From Candidatus Bathyarchaeota archaeon (GTDB lineage Archaea; Thermoproteota; Bathyarchaeia; 40CM-2-53-6), in assembly GCA_963706285.1 (NCBI GenBank), contig CAVPLU010000009.1, positions 64,001 through 128,000 of the forward strand: a DNA stretch of 64,000 nucleotides, in the 5' to 3' direction. This document shows, one piece after another, positions 1 to 11,214 of this stretch; position 1 is the stretch's first letter; every line of letters starts with the position of its first letter. Below the pieces are notes generated by a model. The model was not told the DNA's origin, searched no databases, and saw nothing but the letters and a program-made list of their open reading frames with translations. The position numbers and the translations under genes were made by a program.

Positions 1-181
1 ACCAAGGCGAACTCTATTCGTGCACCATTCACCACACCAAGCCTTTCTACTGCAAACTCTACCCTGATGATGGCTTCTGTGAGCACGAAGAGATCACCGA
101 GATCTAATCAGCCTAGGAACCAGTCCGAGTTTACTTGCGCCCTTCGATTGCTGTGGCAGGTCTTACTGGACCGGCAAAATA

Positions 182-566
182 CTATGCCTTGGGCAATCTG
201 CCAGCGAACTCCCTTACCTGATTATCGTATTCCGAGCTGTCGAGGGTGACTTCAGCTGGATCCTCATTAGAAACCACCACGTCAACATGACCTAACGGCG
301 CATGGAAGTGCAACCCATACGAGACCGGTTCAAACCCAAATCTATCTCTGAGCATTCTTCATGAGTTCTTCTAAGACCATTTTGGAGTCATATTCACGTT
401 TGCCGACTAACTTCCCACCGGATACCCGGATTTCAGTGAATCCTCCTTTTCCATGAAGATGCGCATTTGTCTCAACGAGGGCAAGTCCATTCTGCTCAAA
501 GTACTTGCTAGCCCGATCCAGCGCTTCCAAAGCATCCAGCCTCGTCTTGACGGATAGTTTTAGCAT
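182..566 (-). CDS. Hypothetical protein (frameshifted; ORF 342-566 continues as DRFGFEPVSYGLHFHAPLGHVDVVVSNEDPAEVTLDSSEYDNQVREFAGRLPKA*)
   Basis: ATG at 566; protein-like continuation in shifted frames to TAG at 182-184. Confidence 0.5.
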
Positions 567-732
567 GTTTCATCTCTGAGACCCCTGCCTGTGGGGAGAA
601 TAAGACTTCGCCAAGACAAATCGCAATCATACAATGCCCGGATATGTACAAAAAACAACTTTCCAGTGTTCGTTCGAAAGGATAAACGAAGCATATGATC
701 GAATGTGTCCATGCAGCACCCGTCTTTTTTCG

Positions 733-2425
733 CTAAAGCTCTTCTGCTCGGGACTTGTTCACTATGGGCATTCGCCAGCCGATTCCGAATGCCTTTCTGC
801 TAATCTTTATCGATGGAGCCGCCTGCCTGCGCTTGTATTCGGCAGACTCTTATTCGCTCAAGTATGTCCTTCGCGAGCTTACGATCGTAGCCTAAGCCAA
901 CGAGCTCCTTGACGGACCGACGATTCTCAACTATCTCATCCACAAGTGGCGAAACGACTGAGTAATCGAACGGGTCGTACTGATCTGGTTTCAGCTCTGC
1001 GGACGGTGTCTTAGTGATGCTGCTCTTGGGTATCACCTCGAATTTCCGGCGTAGGTTATAGTACTCTGACAAGGCGTAGACTTCGGTCTTGCTGACATCG
1101 CCTATGACCGCGAGTCCGCCGCTCATATCTCCATAGAGAGTGCAGTAGCCAAGGGCGAGTTCAGTTTTGTTCCCGGTCGTTAAGACGAGGTGCCCAAACT
1201 TGTTGGAAAGAGCCATCAGAATGTTCCCTCGGATTCGTGCCTGAATATTCTCCTCGGTCACATCTGCCGGGTGTCTCTCCAAGGGTTGTTCCAGCGTCCT
1301 CTCGTAGGCTCCGAAAATTCCGTCAATCGGGATAGTCATGTAAGTGATTCCGAGATTCCTCGAAAGCGATTCGGCGTCGCGTTTGCTGTGATCGCTGGAG
1401 TATCGAGACGGCATTGAGACGCCCACCACGTTTTCTCGTCCGAGCGCCTCAACCGCTATCGCAGCTGTGAGCGCCGAGTCAATTCCACCGCTTAATCCAA
1501 CTACCGCTTTCTCGAACCCCGTCTTTCTGAAATAGTCGCGGACCCCCAATGCGAGGGCCGTGAATACGGACTCCTCCCTGTTGTAAGGCGGCGATGTTAC
1601 AGCTGACGCTGTGCCCGATGTAATCTTGAGATCAACGACAACCAAATCCTCCTCAAACGGTCTGCCGATTCCAACGAGTTCTCCTCGACTGTCGACAGCA
1701 AGGCTCTCTCCGTCGAAGACCAGTTCATCTTGTCCGCCAACCATGTTCACATAGAAGAACGGCCTTCCTAGCGCTGTAGCCTTCGATTTGAGAAGCTTCT
1801 CTCTCACCAGCCGCTTTTCCACATAGAAAGGCGACGCGTTAATGTCGACAACAACCTCAGCGCCTTTCTGCACAAGATCCGCTATTACATGACGCTCATA
1901 TCGGAGCTCCTCGTCCCACAAATCCTCACAGATAGAGACTCCAAGTCTGACTTTCTCTCCCCTAACAGTTACCGCAATGGGATCATTTCGAACGGCAGGC
2001 TTGAAGTATCGCAACTCATCAAAAACATCGTAAGTTGGCAGCAGTGTCTTGTGCACGATCTCAACAATCAAGCCATCATGACACACTGCAGCTGCGTTGT
2101 AGATATTGGACTGATCATGATCGACAAAACCAAAAACAGAGATCAACTCCGATGATTGCTCTGCAAGTTGTACGGCAAGCCTCTTGTTCTCTGCAATGAA
2201 CTCCAACGGGCCACTGGGCAGTTCACCATTCTTGGTTCGGATTTCTCTAGGAGGCAGCAGGTCGAGTGGCGGATACCCGGTTATCACCATCTCCGGGAAC
2301 GCTAGCAGATCAACATTGAGCTCCACCGCTTTCTTCATGAACGATTTGACAAGATCCGCATTGCCCTCTAGGTCACCAACAGTGGGGTTGACCTGCGCCA
2401 TTCCGACTCGAAGGATCGTCATCAT
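733..2425 (-). CDS. nadE: Glutamine-dependent NAD+ synthetase (C-terminal frameshift near 848)
   Basis: Nitrilase domain (FPEM, KTLLPTYDVFDE, ICEDLW) plus synthetase domain (GLSGGIDS, ENIQARIRG, TGNKTE, PSAEL); shifted frame gives AEYKRRQAAPSIKISRKAFG..* ending at 733. Confidence 0.95.
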
Positions 2426-2572
2426 ACCGAACCAGCAGTCAACAATCGTAGTATCGGAACCTACTATATGAAACGCGTATCAATGGGCTAAATCATCAAT
2501 TGATCGCGGAGATCTGCCATGTAATGCAGTAATGATCTGATTCAAGCCTGGTAAGAGCTTAAGAGGAAATTC

Positions 2573-3166
2573 TTGCATACATGCGAATCGCGGTGTGCAA
2601 TGTTGTCCACTGACCTTCGGCAAAAACTAATCGCCCTCGGCACCTCAAACCCTCTGCTCACCATCCGCCCAGGCGACGACTGCGACCTCTATCTTTCACA
2701 TACAATCGTTGACTCGAAGTACTACGGAGTAGCCTCCAAAGAACAAGTCAAGAAGCAATATGCAGCTAAGATGTGGCTCGTTGAATCTGAACGCACTGTG
2801 AAGTACCGAGAGATCATCCAAGAACGGGATCAGAGTGCAGGAATCCTACCAGCACCGAAACTAACCTTTCAGAAGAGCTTCGTCAAAGGCAAGGTTCTCT
2901 TCCAGAAAGAGAAGAGCGTAGCCTTCGGCTTCAAGAAACCAGCCGACCCCAGTAGCTTCGGCAAGGTGTACGAATATGACTTCGATGTCACAAAGATTCG
3001 CGGCCCTGTGAAGGAGTTGGTTGAAGCAAACGGCTGGAGATTCGAACAGATAATTCTAGACTATCAACCAACTCGCGGCCGAGACCAAGGTTTCTGCGGC
3101 AAATGTGGCGCAGCATTGCCTTCAGGAGCGGCGTTCTGCGCAAACTGCGGACAGAGGGTTCCCTAG
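2573..3166 (+). CDS. Hypothetical protein with C-terminal zinc ribbon
   Basis: FCGKCG-x8-FCANCG at C-terminus; start may be TTG/ATG near 2600. Confidence 0.75.
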   Translation: MHTCESRCAMLSTDLRQKLIALGTSNPLLTIRPGDDCDLYLSHTIVDSKYYGVASKEQVKKQYAAKMWLVESERTVKYREIIQERDQSAGILPAPKLTFQKSFVKGKVLFQKEKSVAFGFKKPADPSSFGKVYEYDFDVTKIRGPVKELVEANGWRFEQIILDYQPTRGRDQGFCGKCGAALPSGAAFCANCGQRVP

Positions 3167-3486
3167 GCTAGTTGTTGGTCATCAATTAGGATCAGAGAAG
3201 ATGCGTGCACCCTTCATTTCCGCGCAACAGTTTCCTAAACAAGCCGACAGAGTGTACCAGTGAGGCTCTGGGAGTTGCCCGTCGAGATCGTCGGAAGAGA
3301 ATCCGGTTTCGCATACTTCAAGGAAGGCGATGAGGTGAGGGTAAACGACGACGCAGTGCTAGCACCTGAAACAGTCCGCGGCCTGGTCGGAACTGTCCTG
3401 CACCGATCGCACATTGGCCAAGCGCCATTCGCGCATTTCCACTGAATTCAGAGAAAAGACTTCGATAAGAGAAGCGCTGATGAATC

Positions 3487-4020
3487 TTAACGTTCTTTGT
3501 TTCCATACTTCTCATAATGAACGATTTCATCCAAGTGTTTTCTGTACTTTGCCTTCGGCTTTTCATCTACATAGCCTAAGGTCAGTAGGGACACCACTCG
3601 AAGGTTCTTAGGAACATTCAGCAGCTCCTTCACCTCCACTTCATTGTAGGCACCAATCCAACAGGAACCTATGCCCAGATCCCAGGCTGTCAGTGCCATA
3701 TTCTCGATGGCAATGGCCAAATCGATAAGGAACCCTTCAAATGGGCCGACGCTTGCACTTTCATCCGGATTCGCCAGACAAACCAGCACAGCAGCAGCCT
3801 GCCCAACGAAGGCCTGACCTCCCGCAACATGAACCAATTTTTTCCTAATGGCTCGATCTGTCACGACGATGAATTCCCAAGGCTGGCGATTATCTGCAGA
3901 CTGCGCCATCCTCGCCGCCTCCAGAATATCCAGCAACGCTTCTTTGGGTATGGCTTTTTCCATGTATCTTCTTGTCGAGACTCTCGCTTTGATAAGGTCT
4001 AAGACTGGCAACACTAACAC
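3487..4020 (-). CDS. Nitroreductase family protein
   Basis: RVSTRRY, AQSADNRQPWEFIVV, LGIGSCWIG motifs. Confidence 0.92.
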   Translation of the reverse strand: MLVLPVLDLIKARVSTRRYMEKAIPKEALLDILEAARMAQSADNRQPWEFIVVTDRAIRKKLVHVAGGQAFVGQAAAVLVCLANPDESASVGPFEGFLIDLAIAIENMALTAWDLGIGSCWIGAYNEVEVKELLNVPKNLRVVSLLTLGYVDEKPKAKYRKHLDEIVHYEKYGNKER

Positions 4021-4180
4021 CGAGATTCCGTCAAGAATCTTTGTGACTTAAAGCTTGAATAGGAAAGGTGTCCGACGACGAATGCGTGCTGATAGCAAGA
4101 AGGGTCTGGTTATAAGAGCCTGCTTCCCTCTGCTGCTGGAATATGGATAGTAGACGACTGCCAGAAAAATTGAGCCTATC

Positions 4181-5095
4181 GTGATCAGGTTGAAATCCAG
4201 ATCGAAGAAATCGAAATCAACGCGACGGCGTGCAATCAGAGTCGGCGAGGTAGCTGGGGCCTTGGCCCTAATATTGGCTGTCGCGTTTGTAGTGTATATC
4301 ATAATCCCGCCGCAAACTCCGATTTCAGAAAAGCAATCGCCAAAGGCAGTAATTGTAGATGAGGTCAGCGTACAATTCGCAAACCCACAGTTCATCGAAA
4401 CAGTTCAAAGCATAATGAGCGCAGAGGATTTGGGTGTTGACACCTACGGGGCCCAAAGTGTTACTGTGAAGTTCTACGGCACATTGCCAACGTACGGTTA
4501 CAAGTTAATACTGCTGAGAGTTCACGGAGGGGTCGATCAGCAGACGGAAGGTCATCCAGTCGGCTTGTACACTTCAGAACCTTACAGCGAACTCAGCTAC
4601 CCTCAAGAGCAGTTGTCTGGCCTAGTTGCTACTGGACGCTCTTACAACCGTAGCGAGCAGGCCGTATTTGCAGTTACGCCCAAATTCATCGCGGAGAGGT
4701 CTGCAGCTGACTATCACGGTGCTCTAATCATCATTACGGGCTGTTATGGATTGTTCAGTGTAGATCTGCCCAAAGCTTTCGTCGATCGAGGTGCATCTGC
4801 CGTCATAGGATGGAACGGGCTCGTTGGGTCCGAGCACACAGACAAAGCAACGCTCTACTTGTTGAGAGAATTGTTGACTCAGAAGCGCAGCATCAGCGAA
4901 TCCATCCGAGCCGCAATTGATGAGGTTGGACCTGACCCTGACCACAACAGCACCATGAGGTACTACCCGAAAGAGGCAGGCGATTTGAAATTCTCCGGAA
5001 TTATCGAAGGATCCGCTTTTGAGTCAGGCGCCGCAATTTCGTCGCCAGTTGCTCTCATTGATACGAAAGAAAGATCAAGCGCTCACAAGATCTGA
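4181..5095 (+). CDS. Membrane-anchored protein, possible caspase/CHAT-like (clan CD) fold
   Basis: Basic N-terminus plus one TM helix; LLRVHGG and IIITGCYG resemble a His-Gly...Gly-Cys dyad; GASAVIGW motif. Confidence 0.55.
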   Translation: MIRLKSRSKKSKSTRRRAIRVGEVAGALALILAVAFVVYIIIPPQTPISEKQSPKAVIVDEVSVQFANPQFIETVQSIMSAEDLGVDTYGAQSVTVKFYGTLPTYGYKLILLRVHGGVDQQTEGHPVGLYTSEPYSELSYPQEQLSGLVATGRSYNRSEQAVFAVTPKFIAERSAADYHGALIIITGCYGLFSVDLPKAFVDRGASAVIGWNGLVGSEHTDKATLYLLRELLTQKRSISESIRAAIDEVGPDPDHNSTMRYYPKEAGDLKFSGIIEGSAFESGAAISSPVALIDTKERSSAHKI

Positions 5096-5131
5096 ATTCT
5101 CTACCACTCCATGGGACGGGCTTTGAGGTTA
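5010..5131 (+). repeat. Imperfect direct repeat, left copy (~120 bp)
   Basis: gagtcaggcgccgcaatttcgtcgccagttgctctcattgatacgaaa...gggacgggctttgagg aligns with 14013-14134; roughly 80% identity by eye. Confidence 0.9.
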
Positions 5132-5340
5132 GATAGCTCGACCTCCTGTGCGATCCACGGTCTGATATGGGGCATTTTGTTTTCATCTGAAGTGCAGCTT
5201 TCCCCAATATGGGATCAGTGCTGGCGCGGAAGCAATGAACAATGTAAATTCAGGAGCCGTTTACCGGTCGAGCTATGCGTGTGATTGTTTTGTCTCGAGC
5301 CAGACAAGACAAAGGCGAATAGTGTAGGGGTCGACGCATA

Positions 5341-7203
5341 GTGGGCGGAATAGCAGGCGAGTTACGTTTTGATGGAAAGATCAGTGACCTTTCGACCACC
5401 AAGGCAATGTGTGATGCCCAAGTCCACAGAGGGCCCGACGAAGATGATTACTATGCGAACGGGGCAGTGAGTCTCGGCGCGCGCCGTATTTTGGCCGGCA
5501 GCCTAACCCGAAATCTATACCCACTGCACAACGAGAACCACTCAATACATCTCGTTCTGGATGGTGAAATAGAGACTTGCTCGGATCTCAGAGTCAAGCT
5601 TGAAAAATGTGGACACGAGTTTCGCTCAAGAGCCTCTGCAGAATTGGTCGTCCATTCGTATGAACAGTGGGGCACCCGATGTCTACTTGAACTGACCGGT
5701 TCGTTTGCATTCGCCTTATGGGATGAACCCAAAGAAATCCTGTGGCTCACCAGAGATCGGTTCGGAATCAAGCCGCTCTACTACCATATGAGCAGCAGAT
5801 TCCTTGCTTTTGCCTCTGAAATAAAACCCCTGCTGCGGCATCCAGATATTCCGGCAAAACCCAACGCGAGTGTACTGAGGGACTATCTGCAAAGAGGATA
5901 TGCAACTGGAGCAGCAACAGATACCTTCTTTGAAGGAATTGACCGTCTACTGCCGGGGAACTACCTTCTAATCCACGCCGACGGGATCGTCAAACGGCAA
6001 AGATACTGGAACCCGATAGTCTCGAGAGAGCTGAACGGCAGGACATCGATTAGAGCAATAGAGATGACTCGCGACCTATTCTTCGAAGGGGTAAGGCAGC
6101 AACTCCCCCTGAACACTGCATTCGGCGTGACGCTGAGTGGCGGAATAGACTCTTCGTCAATCGTGTGCGCCGTAAAGAAGGTCGATCCGACCCGGCAGCG
6201 AGTCAAGGTTTTCTCAGCCCTTTTTCCAGGTCAATCAATCGATGAGAGCGCACATATCAACATCATATGCGAAGCAACGGAACCTGAGAAACATCACGTG
6301 ACGGTGACGGCAGACGATTTCTGGCACGACCTGCCCACTCTTCTCAGATGTCAAGAGACCCCTCTCAGCTTGACATTTGCGTACCCGCAGTGGCGACTCA
6401 TGAAATGTGCAAGAGAACAAGGTATCAGGATTATGTTTGAAGGTCACGGGGGTGACGAGCTGCTCTGCGGATACTCACTTTACTACTTCTACTACTTCAT
6501 GACTCTAATTGCACAAAGGAAATGGCGGAAGTTACTGGTTGAAGTCCTTCGCAGTCGTGACCAAACTTGGGACGAAGCTGAGAGCCTCTTCAGAACGTAC
6601 TCTCCTAATGTTGGGCGGTACGTGCGATCTCTGATCAGGAAGGTTTTTAGTAATGAAAATCGATCAACGCGCCAAATCTCCGAATCGAGTCAGATTGACG
6701 TGTCAAGTCTCACCACTGACTTGGCCTCGAAACTCGAAATCGACATGGCTTTAGACTCCATTCCGACAGCACTCGTTTGCGTGGACAAGAACTCAATGTG
6801 GCACAGCATCGAAATCAGAACTCCTTTTCTCGAGGAGAAGTTCGTCGCGCACTGCGTCTCGCTGCCACTAGATCAGAAGATGCGAGACGGCTGGACGAAG
6901 TATGCTTTTCGTCTAGCTATGAAAAACACACTTCCTGAACAGATTCGCCTCCGACGAAACAAGATAGGATTTCAAATGCCTCATCTGAGTTGGATCAAGG
7001 GCGAGCTTCGGCAGAAGCTGAGGGATTTCTTTTCAGATCCAAACCTTAGGGGGACTCGATACTACAACAGCCAGACAGCAAGGCACATCCTCAGCAAAAA
7101 GATAATGACAGTGCGCGATGCCAACATTATCTGGCGTATGCTGAACGTTGAGCTGTGGTTCCGAGAGTTCTTCTCAGAAAAGACAAGAGAAATGGAGAAA
7201 TAG
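5341..7203 (+). CDS. Asparagine synthetase B-like amide ligase with degenerate glutaminase domain
   Basis: HRGPD, RDRFGIKPLYY, LSGGIDSS, GHGGDELLCGY, EIRTPFL, KIGF; begins GGIAG instead of CGIAG. Confidence 0.9.
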   Translation: MGGIAGELRFDGKISDLSTTKAMCDAQVHRGPDEDDYYANGAVSLGARRILAGSLTRNLYPLHNENHSIHLVLDGEIETCSDLRVKLEKCGHEFRSRASAELVVHSYEQWGTRCLLELTGSFAFALWDEPKEILWLTRDRFGIKPLYYHMSSRFLAFASEIKPLLRHPDIPAKPNASVLRDYLQRGYATGAATDTFFEGIDRLLPGNYLLIHADGIVKRQRYWNPIVSRELNGRTSIRAIEMTRDLFFEGVRQQLPLNTAFGVTLSGGIDSSSIVCAVKKVDPTRQRVKVFSALFPGQSIDESAHINIICEATEPEKHHVTVTADDFWHDLPTLLRCQETPLSLTFAYPQWRLMKCAREQGIRIMFEGHGGDELLCGYSLYYFYYFMTLIAQRKWRKLLVEVLRSRDQTWDEAESLFRTYSPNVGRYVRSLIRKVFSNENRSTRQISESSQIDVSSLTTDLASKLEIDMALDSIPTALVCVDKNSMWHSIEIRTPFLEEKFVAHCVSLPLDQKMRDGWTKYAFRLAMKNTLPEQIRLRRNKIGFQMPHLSWIKGELRQKLRDFFSDPNLRGTRYYNSQTARHILSKKIMTVRDANIIWRMLNVELWFREFFSEKTREMEK

Positions 7204-7288
7204 AGAATTCGTGCATCGTAGCTCTTGCCTGGGACTGAACGATGCGGACTCATGCTAGCCATGATCGATACGCGCGGGACGGATTTCC

Positions 7289-8548
7289 ATGTTGGTTTCC
7301 GAAGTCAAGATAATTACGTCAGGAGCCTCCTGCGAACTGCAGGCTTCGGTGAGGAGTGACGCTACTGGGAAACCGTTTCTGCTTCGATACCGTTTTCCTC
7401 GCGGGTACGAGCGATTCATCAGCGTCGAGAACGGTGACCCGTTCCTAGCAGCGCTCTTGTTGCCCGCCATGAAATCGCATGAACCACTGGAGATAGCTGC
7501 AGCGATTTCTCCGAAACTTAATCATTCCGTCGATGCAATCCAGCGAATCTACAAATCCTGGGATCAAACGCTCTCGAAAGTGAATATCAAGGCGCCTGTC
7601 TGTAAAGCGTCATCATCAGCCCATAATCATTCGCGCCACGCCCTATTCTTTTCCTGCGGAGTTGACTCCTACTATTCGCTCTTGAAGAACTTGCAGAACC
7701 ACCCGATAGGCAAGGAAGCAATTACTGATCTACTCGTTGTTCACGGCTTTGATATCGCGTTTGGAAGAAGAAATACCAGAATGTTCGATACGCTTGTGGC
7801 GAACTCGAAGAAGGTGGGACGGGAGTTCCACAAGAACGTACTGCCCGTCGCTACGAACCTAAGAGACTTCGGTGACCGCTTCATTAACTGGCGCGCTTTG
7901 TATTTCGGCGCTTTCTTGGCCAGCATTGGGCTGGCTCTAGAAAGTGTATTCGACAGAGTCTATGTAGCCTCAGCGCATAGCTACGCTCAGATCGCACAAA
8001 GAGATCGCGCAGGGATGATTGAAGGATCCCACCCAGATTTGGACCCTTTGTGGTCAACTGAGCGAGTATCGTTTGTACATGATGGTTGCGAAGCAACCAG
8101 ACTCGAAAAGATAGGTTTCATCACAAAGTTCCCCATAGCTTTGCAGACACTGCGAGTCTGTATCATTGACAGCTACGGAGGTGGCCTATACAATTGTGGA
8201 TCTTGTCACAAATGCTTGAGAACAATGATTGCCCTGCACATTATCGGGGCGCTGCAGAAATGCAGTACTCTGCCTAACTCAATTGATCTGGGGAGGCTGT
8301 CCAACACTTGGATTTCTGATCCGAACGCAAGGGACATGCTGCAAACGCTCGTCAGGCATCTTGGATCTTCAGAGGCTGACTTGGCAATAGGATCTGCCCT
8401 TGAACAAGTTCTTTCCGAGAAATCGAGGGCAAGGCGTCACTTTCTCGGGACCACGACGTATCTTTTGAGCCTTTACACGCCCTTCTTATTGCGTCCATGG
8501 AATAGAGTCCAGCATTTCACCACGAGGTCACGTCCAAGAACCAAGTGA
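7289..8548 (+). CDS. PP-loop (QueC-like / adenine nucleotide alpha-hydrolase) protein with Cys4 site, paralog 1
   Basis: FFSCGVDS, HGFD, TNLR, GSHPDLDPLWST, HDG, LRVC...NCGSCHKCLRT. Confidence 0.75.
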   Translation: MLVSEVKIITSGASCELQASVRSDATGKPFLLRYRFPRGYERFISVENGDPFLAALLLPAMKSHEPLEIAAAISPKLNHSVDAIQRIYKSWDQTLSKVNIKAPVCKASSSAHNHSRHALFFSCGVDSYYSLLKNLQNHPIGKEAITDLLVVHGFDIAFGRRNTRMFDTLVANSKKVGREFHKNVLPVATNLRDFGDRFINWRALYFGAFLASIGLALESVFDRVYVASAHSYAQIAQRDRAGMIEGSHPDLDPLWSTERVSFVHDGCEATRLEKIGFITKFPIALQTLRVCIIDSYGGGLYNCGSCHKCLRTMIALHIIGALQKCSTLPNSIDLGRLSNTWISDPNARDMLQTLVRHLGSSEADLAIGSALEQVLSEKSRARRHFLGTTTYLLSLYTPFLLRPWNRVQHFTTRSRPRTK

Positions 8549-8589
8549 TACCAACCGCGTAGAAGCCCTATGCAGAGATCCGTGCCCTA

Positions 8590-9417
8590 GTGGTCTCCGA
8601 CGCTGGGGCAGAAAAAGATCGGGAAGCAATCACCCACCTGATTGTCGTCCACGGCTTCGATTCCTGGTTTGAAAAACGCAGCGAGCTTTTCGAAACCATC
8701 GTAGGGAACGCCAATCGGATAGCTCGGGAGCTCGGCAAGAAAGTCCTGCCTGCAGCCACGAATCTGAAAGATTTTGGCGACCGCTTTGTGCGCTGGGACA
8801 CTCACTACCACGGAGCGTTCCTTGCAAGTATCGCCTTGGCCCTGGAAAACGGCTTTGAGAGAGTATTCATAGCATCATCACATAACCAAGATCAGCTTTT
8901 TCCTTGGGGATCGCACCCGATTCTCGATCCGCTGTGGTCAACTGAGCGTCTATCTTTTGTTCACGATGGCTGTGAGATAAGAAGAGTGGACAAAATTCGT
9001 TCTATCTCTCAAGCCCCAATTGTACTGAGCACGCTGCGAGTCTGCAGTGTTCGCAGCCACATCAAGAGTGTGTACAACTGTGGTTCGTGCGAGAAATGCT
9101 TGAGAACGATGATCGGCCTGCACATAACTGGAGCGCTGCAAAGGTGCACGACGCTGCCTCATTCCGTCGACGCTCGGCTTGTCCGCAACATCTATGTTCA
9201 TGATCGAAATACGAGAAGCTTTACCGACGAGCTTGTCAATTCCCTTGGCTCTTCGCAGATGGATTTGGCGATCAAATCTGCCCTTCAGGAGGGTCTTTCG
9301 GGGGAAAGAGGACCAATGGCGAGGCGGCGATTGGTCTCGATAATAACTCAACTCTTGGTCATGTATCTGCCTGCATTGTTGCCTGCATGGAAGAAGGTGC
9401 AGCAGGCTGTCACATGA
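8590..9417 (+). CDS. QueC-like PP-loop/Cys4 protein, paralog 2 (N-terminal third missing here)
   Basis: AITHLIVVHGFD, GSHPILDPLWSTERLSFVHDGCE, NCGSCEKCLRT colinear with paralog 1; no SCGxDS in this ORF. Confidence 0.75.
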   Translation: MVSDAGAEKDREAITHLIVVHGFDSWFEKRSELFETIVGNANRIARELGKKVLPAATNLKDFGDRFVRWDTHYHGAFLASIALALENGFERVFIASSHNQDQLFPWGSHPILDPLWSTERLSFVHDGCEIRRVDKIRSISQAPIVLSTLRVCSVRSHIKSVYNCGSCEKCLRTMIGLHITGALQRCTTLPHSVDARLVRNIYVHDRNTRSFTDELVNSLGSSQMDLAIKSALQEGLSGERGPMARRRLVSIITQLLVMYLPALLPAWKKVQQAVT

Positions 9418-9467
9418 GAGTCGACCGTTGAACTAAACCTGGCTGAACCTCACAACTCACAGAGAAT

Positions 9468-10670
9468 CTAGGAGCTTGTCAATTTCGCGAGTTCGGAGAC
9501 AATCCACGCGTGCTTCCCAGGAGCGGTTGGTGGGATCGAATCAGTCAGTGTCACCTCAACAGCTTGACCCTCCAATAGGTCACTAAGCTTCTTTCCCAGA
9601 CTGCTGGGGTTCAGGTCTTTGGCCTTCGAATCGACTTCCAGCAACAACATGACTCTCCCATCTGAGAATTGGTGCACCCTGAATCGCTTGATCAGAGCGT
9701 GATGTTCAAGGAAGCTCGCGTCAAGAGGGTGCACACGTCGGCCGGATCGGCTGATTAGGAAATCGTTCTTCCTGCCAACTAAATGCCCCATCAGAGCGAA
9801 ACCACTAATGCTTCGATTGACAGGTCTGTCTGTCAGATCACCGATGTCGTAGCGCAGCAGAGGAAAAGAGGGGTTGTTTAGAACTGACACTACAATTCTA
9901 TAGTATCCGCCTTCCACTAGCAGCGTTTCTAGGAAAACCAAATCTTCCCTCACTCGTAAGAAGTGCTCGTTGTCCTCGTACGCGATGACTTGGCATTCAG
10001 CGGCACCGTATTCCTCAGTCACATTGGTCTGAAAGGCTCTTTGCACAGCATTTCGGATATCGACGGTGACCTGCTCGGACGTAAGGGTAATCAGTTTGAG
10101 CGATCCCACCCTTGCGTTGCATTCAAGGGCTTCCAAAGCCAACAGGTAGATGGCTGAGCTGTAGCCATACAGGTGAGCCGGCTTGAAACTGGTCATATTG
10201 CGAAGATAACCCCGAAGATCTTCTTTCCCTAACCTGTAAGCGGAAAAGCGTACTCGGTCACGCAGCAAGTCTTCCACTCTTCGTCTGAGTCTGCCTACGC
10301 GTCCTGACAAGCCCGGCGCAAAAGACGCTCCGTGTCCCCAAACCATGGCCATTCGATCGAAAATGTCTACGCCGAAAAGCGCGCGCGAGCGGTACTGGCA
10401 GCACACCATCTCCATGCTAGTCTTCTCTTCAGGTACAATGCGAGTGGAATTACGGTCGACCCTCCTGTGTAAATCCATTTGCCATGAAGCGGTCTCTCTG
10501 ACAAGAGCATGCCACTTCTAGCGCTTGTCTTGCTTAGTACTGGCACGCTCGACACGTACTCCTCGAGGCTCCGGAACTCATCGGGTAGGTTCTTCTCACG
10601 CGCAAGTTGCCTGTAGTGGGGGATTCTCTGTACTACCGTTTTCCTCGAAGCTACGAGCACATTATCGACG
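9468..10670 (-). CDS. Phenylacetate-CoA ligase / CapK-like adenylate-forming enzyme, paralog 1 (frameshift near 10445, N-terminus truncated)
   Basis: IPHYR, VPVLSK, YTGGST, LYGYSSAI, EEYGAAE, FPLLRYDIGD, GRKNDFL. Confidence 0.85.
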
Positions 10671-10674
10671 CCTC

Positions 10675-10937
10675 TATTGGAGATCCTTCTAACGATGCTT
10701 CTCATTCCCGCAATGAGGGCAGGCGAAACACTGGAGATACGTGCCAAAATTGTCCAAATTGATGCAGGCCACAGCCAGGATCAGCAGATCTTCAGCTCTT
10801 GGAACCAAGAACTCTCGCAGATTTCGATCAGGGCGCCTATTCGTAGGAAACCTCCTTCGGCAGCTCAGGGAACACGAAGGGTCTTATTCTTCTCATGTGG
10901 TATCGACTCATTCTATTCGCTACTGCGAAGGCAGGGC
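10675..10937 (+). pseudogene. Isolated N-terminal fragment of a QueC-like paralog
   Basis: LLIPAMRAGETLEI...FFSCGIDSFYSLL matches paralog 1 LLLPAMKSHEPLEI...FFSCGVDSYYSLL. Confidence 0.75.
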
Positions 10938-11213
10938 AAACAAATAATATATTATATAATAAAATTAATTAAAAATAAAAATAAAAATAAAATAATATTA
11001 AAAAAATTTATAAAAAAAAATAAAAAAAAAAAAATAAATATTATTAAATTAATAAAAAATATAATAAAAAAAAATTATAAATGAATATAAAAATAATTAA
11101 ATTGAAATATATTTATTTTATAATGAAATTGAAAAAAGTTATATTTTTGAATTGATTGTTTATTATTAATGTATGAAAATAAAATTTGAAATAATGTAAA
11201 AATAAAAATTATT
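10938..11213. other. Extreme A/T low-complexity tract, probable basecalling/assembly artefact
   Basis: Almost pure A/T in a ~50% GC context; abrupt junctions inside genes on both sides. Confidence 0.7.
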
Positions 11214-11214
11214 C

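Noticed and set aside
5100-7203. Lasso peptide cluster
   Set aside because: No transglutaminase-like B protein, no RRE/PqqD, and the short upstream ORF lacks lasso leader features.
10938-11213. A/T tract as a replication origin, or the Lys/Ile/Asn-rich tail of ORF 10677-11084
   Set aside because: No ORB-like repeats or cdc6 nearby; abrupt junctions inside genes and garbled flanks indicate an artefact.
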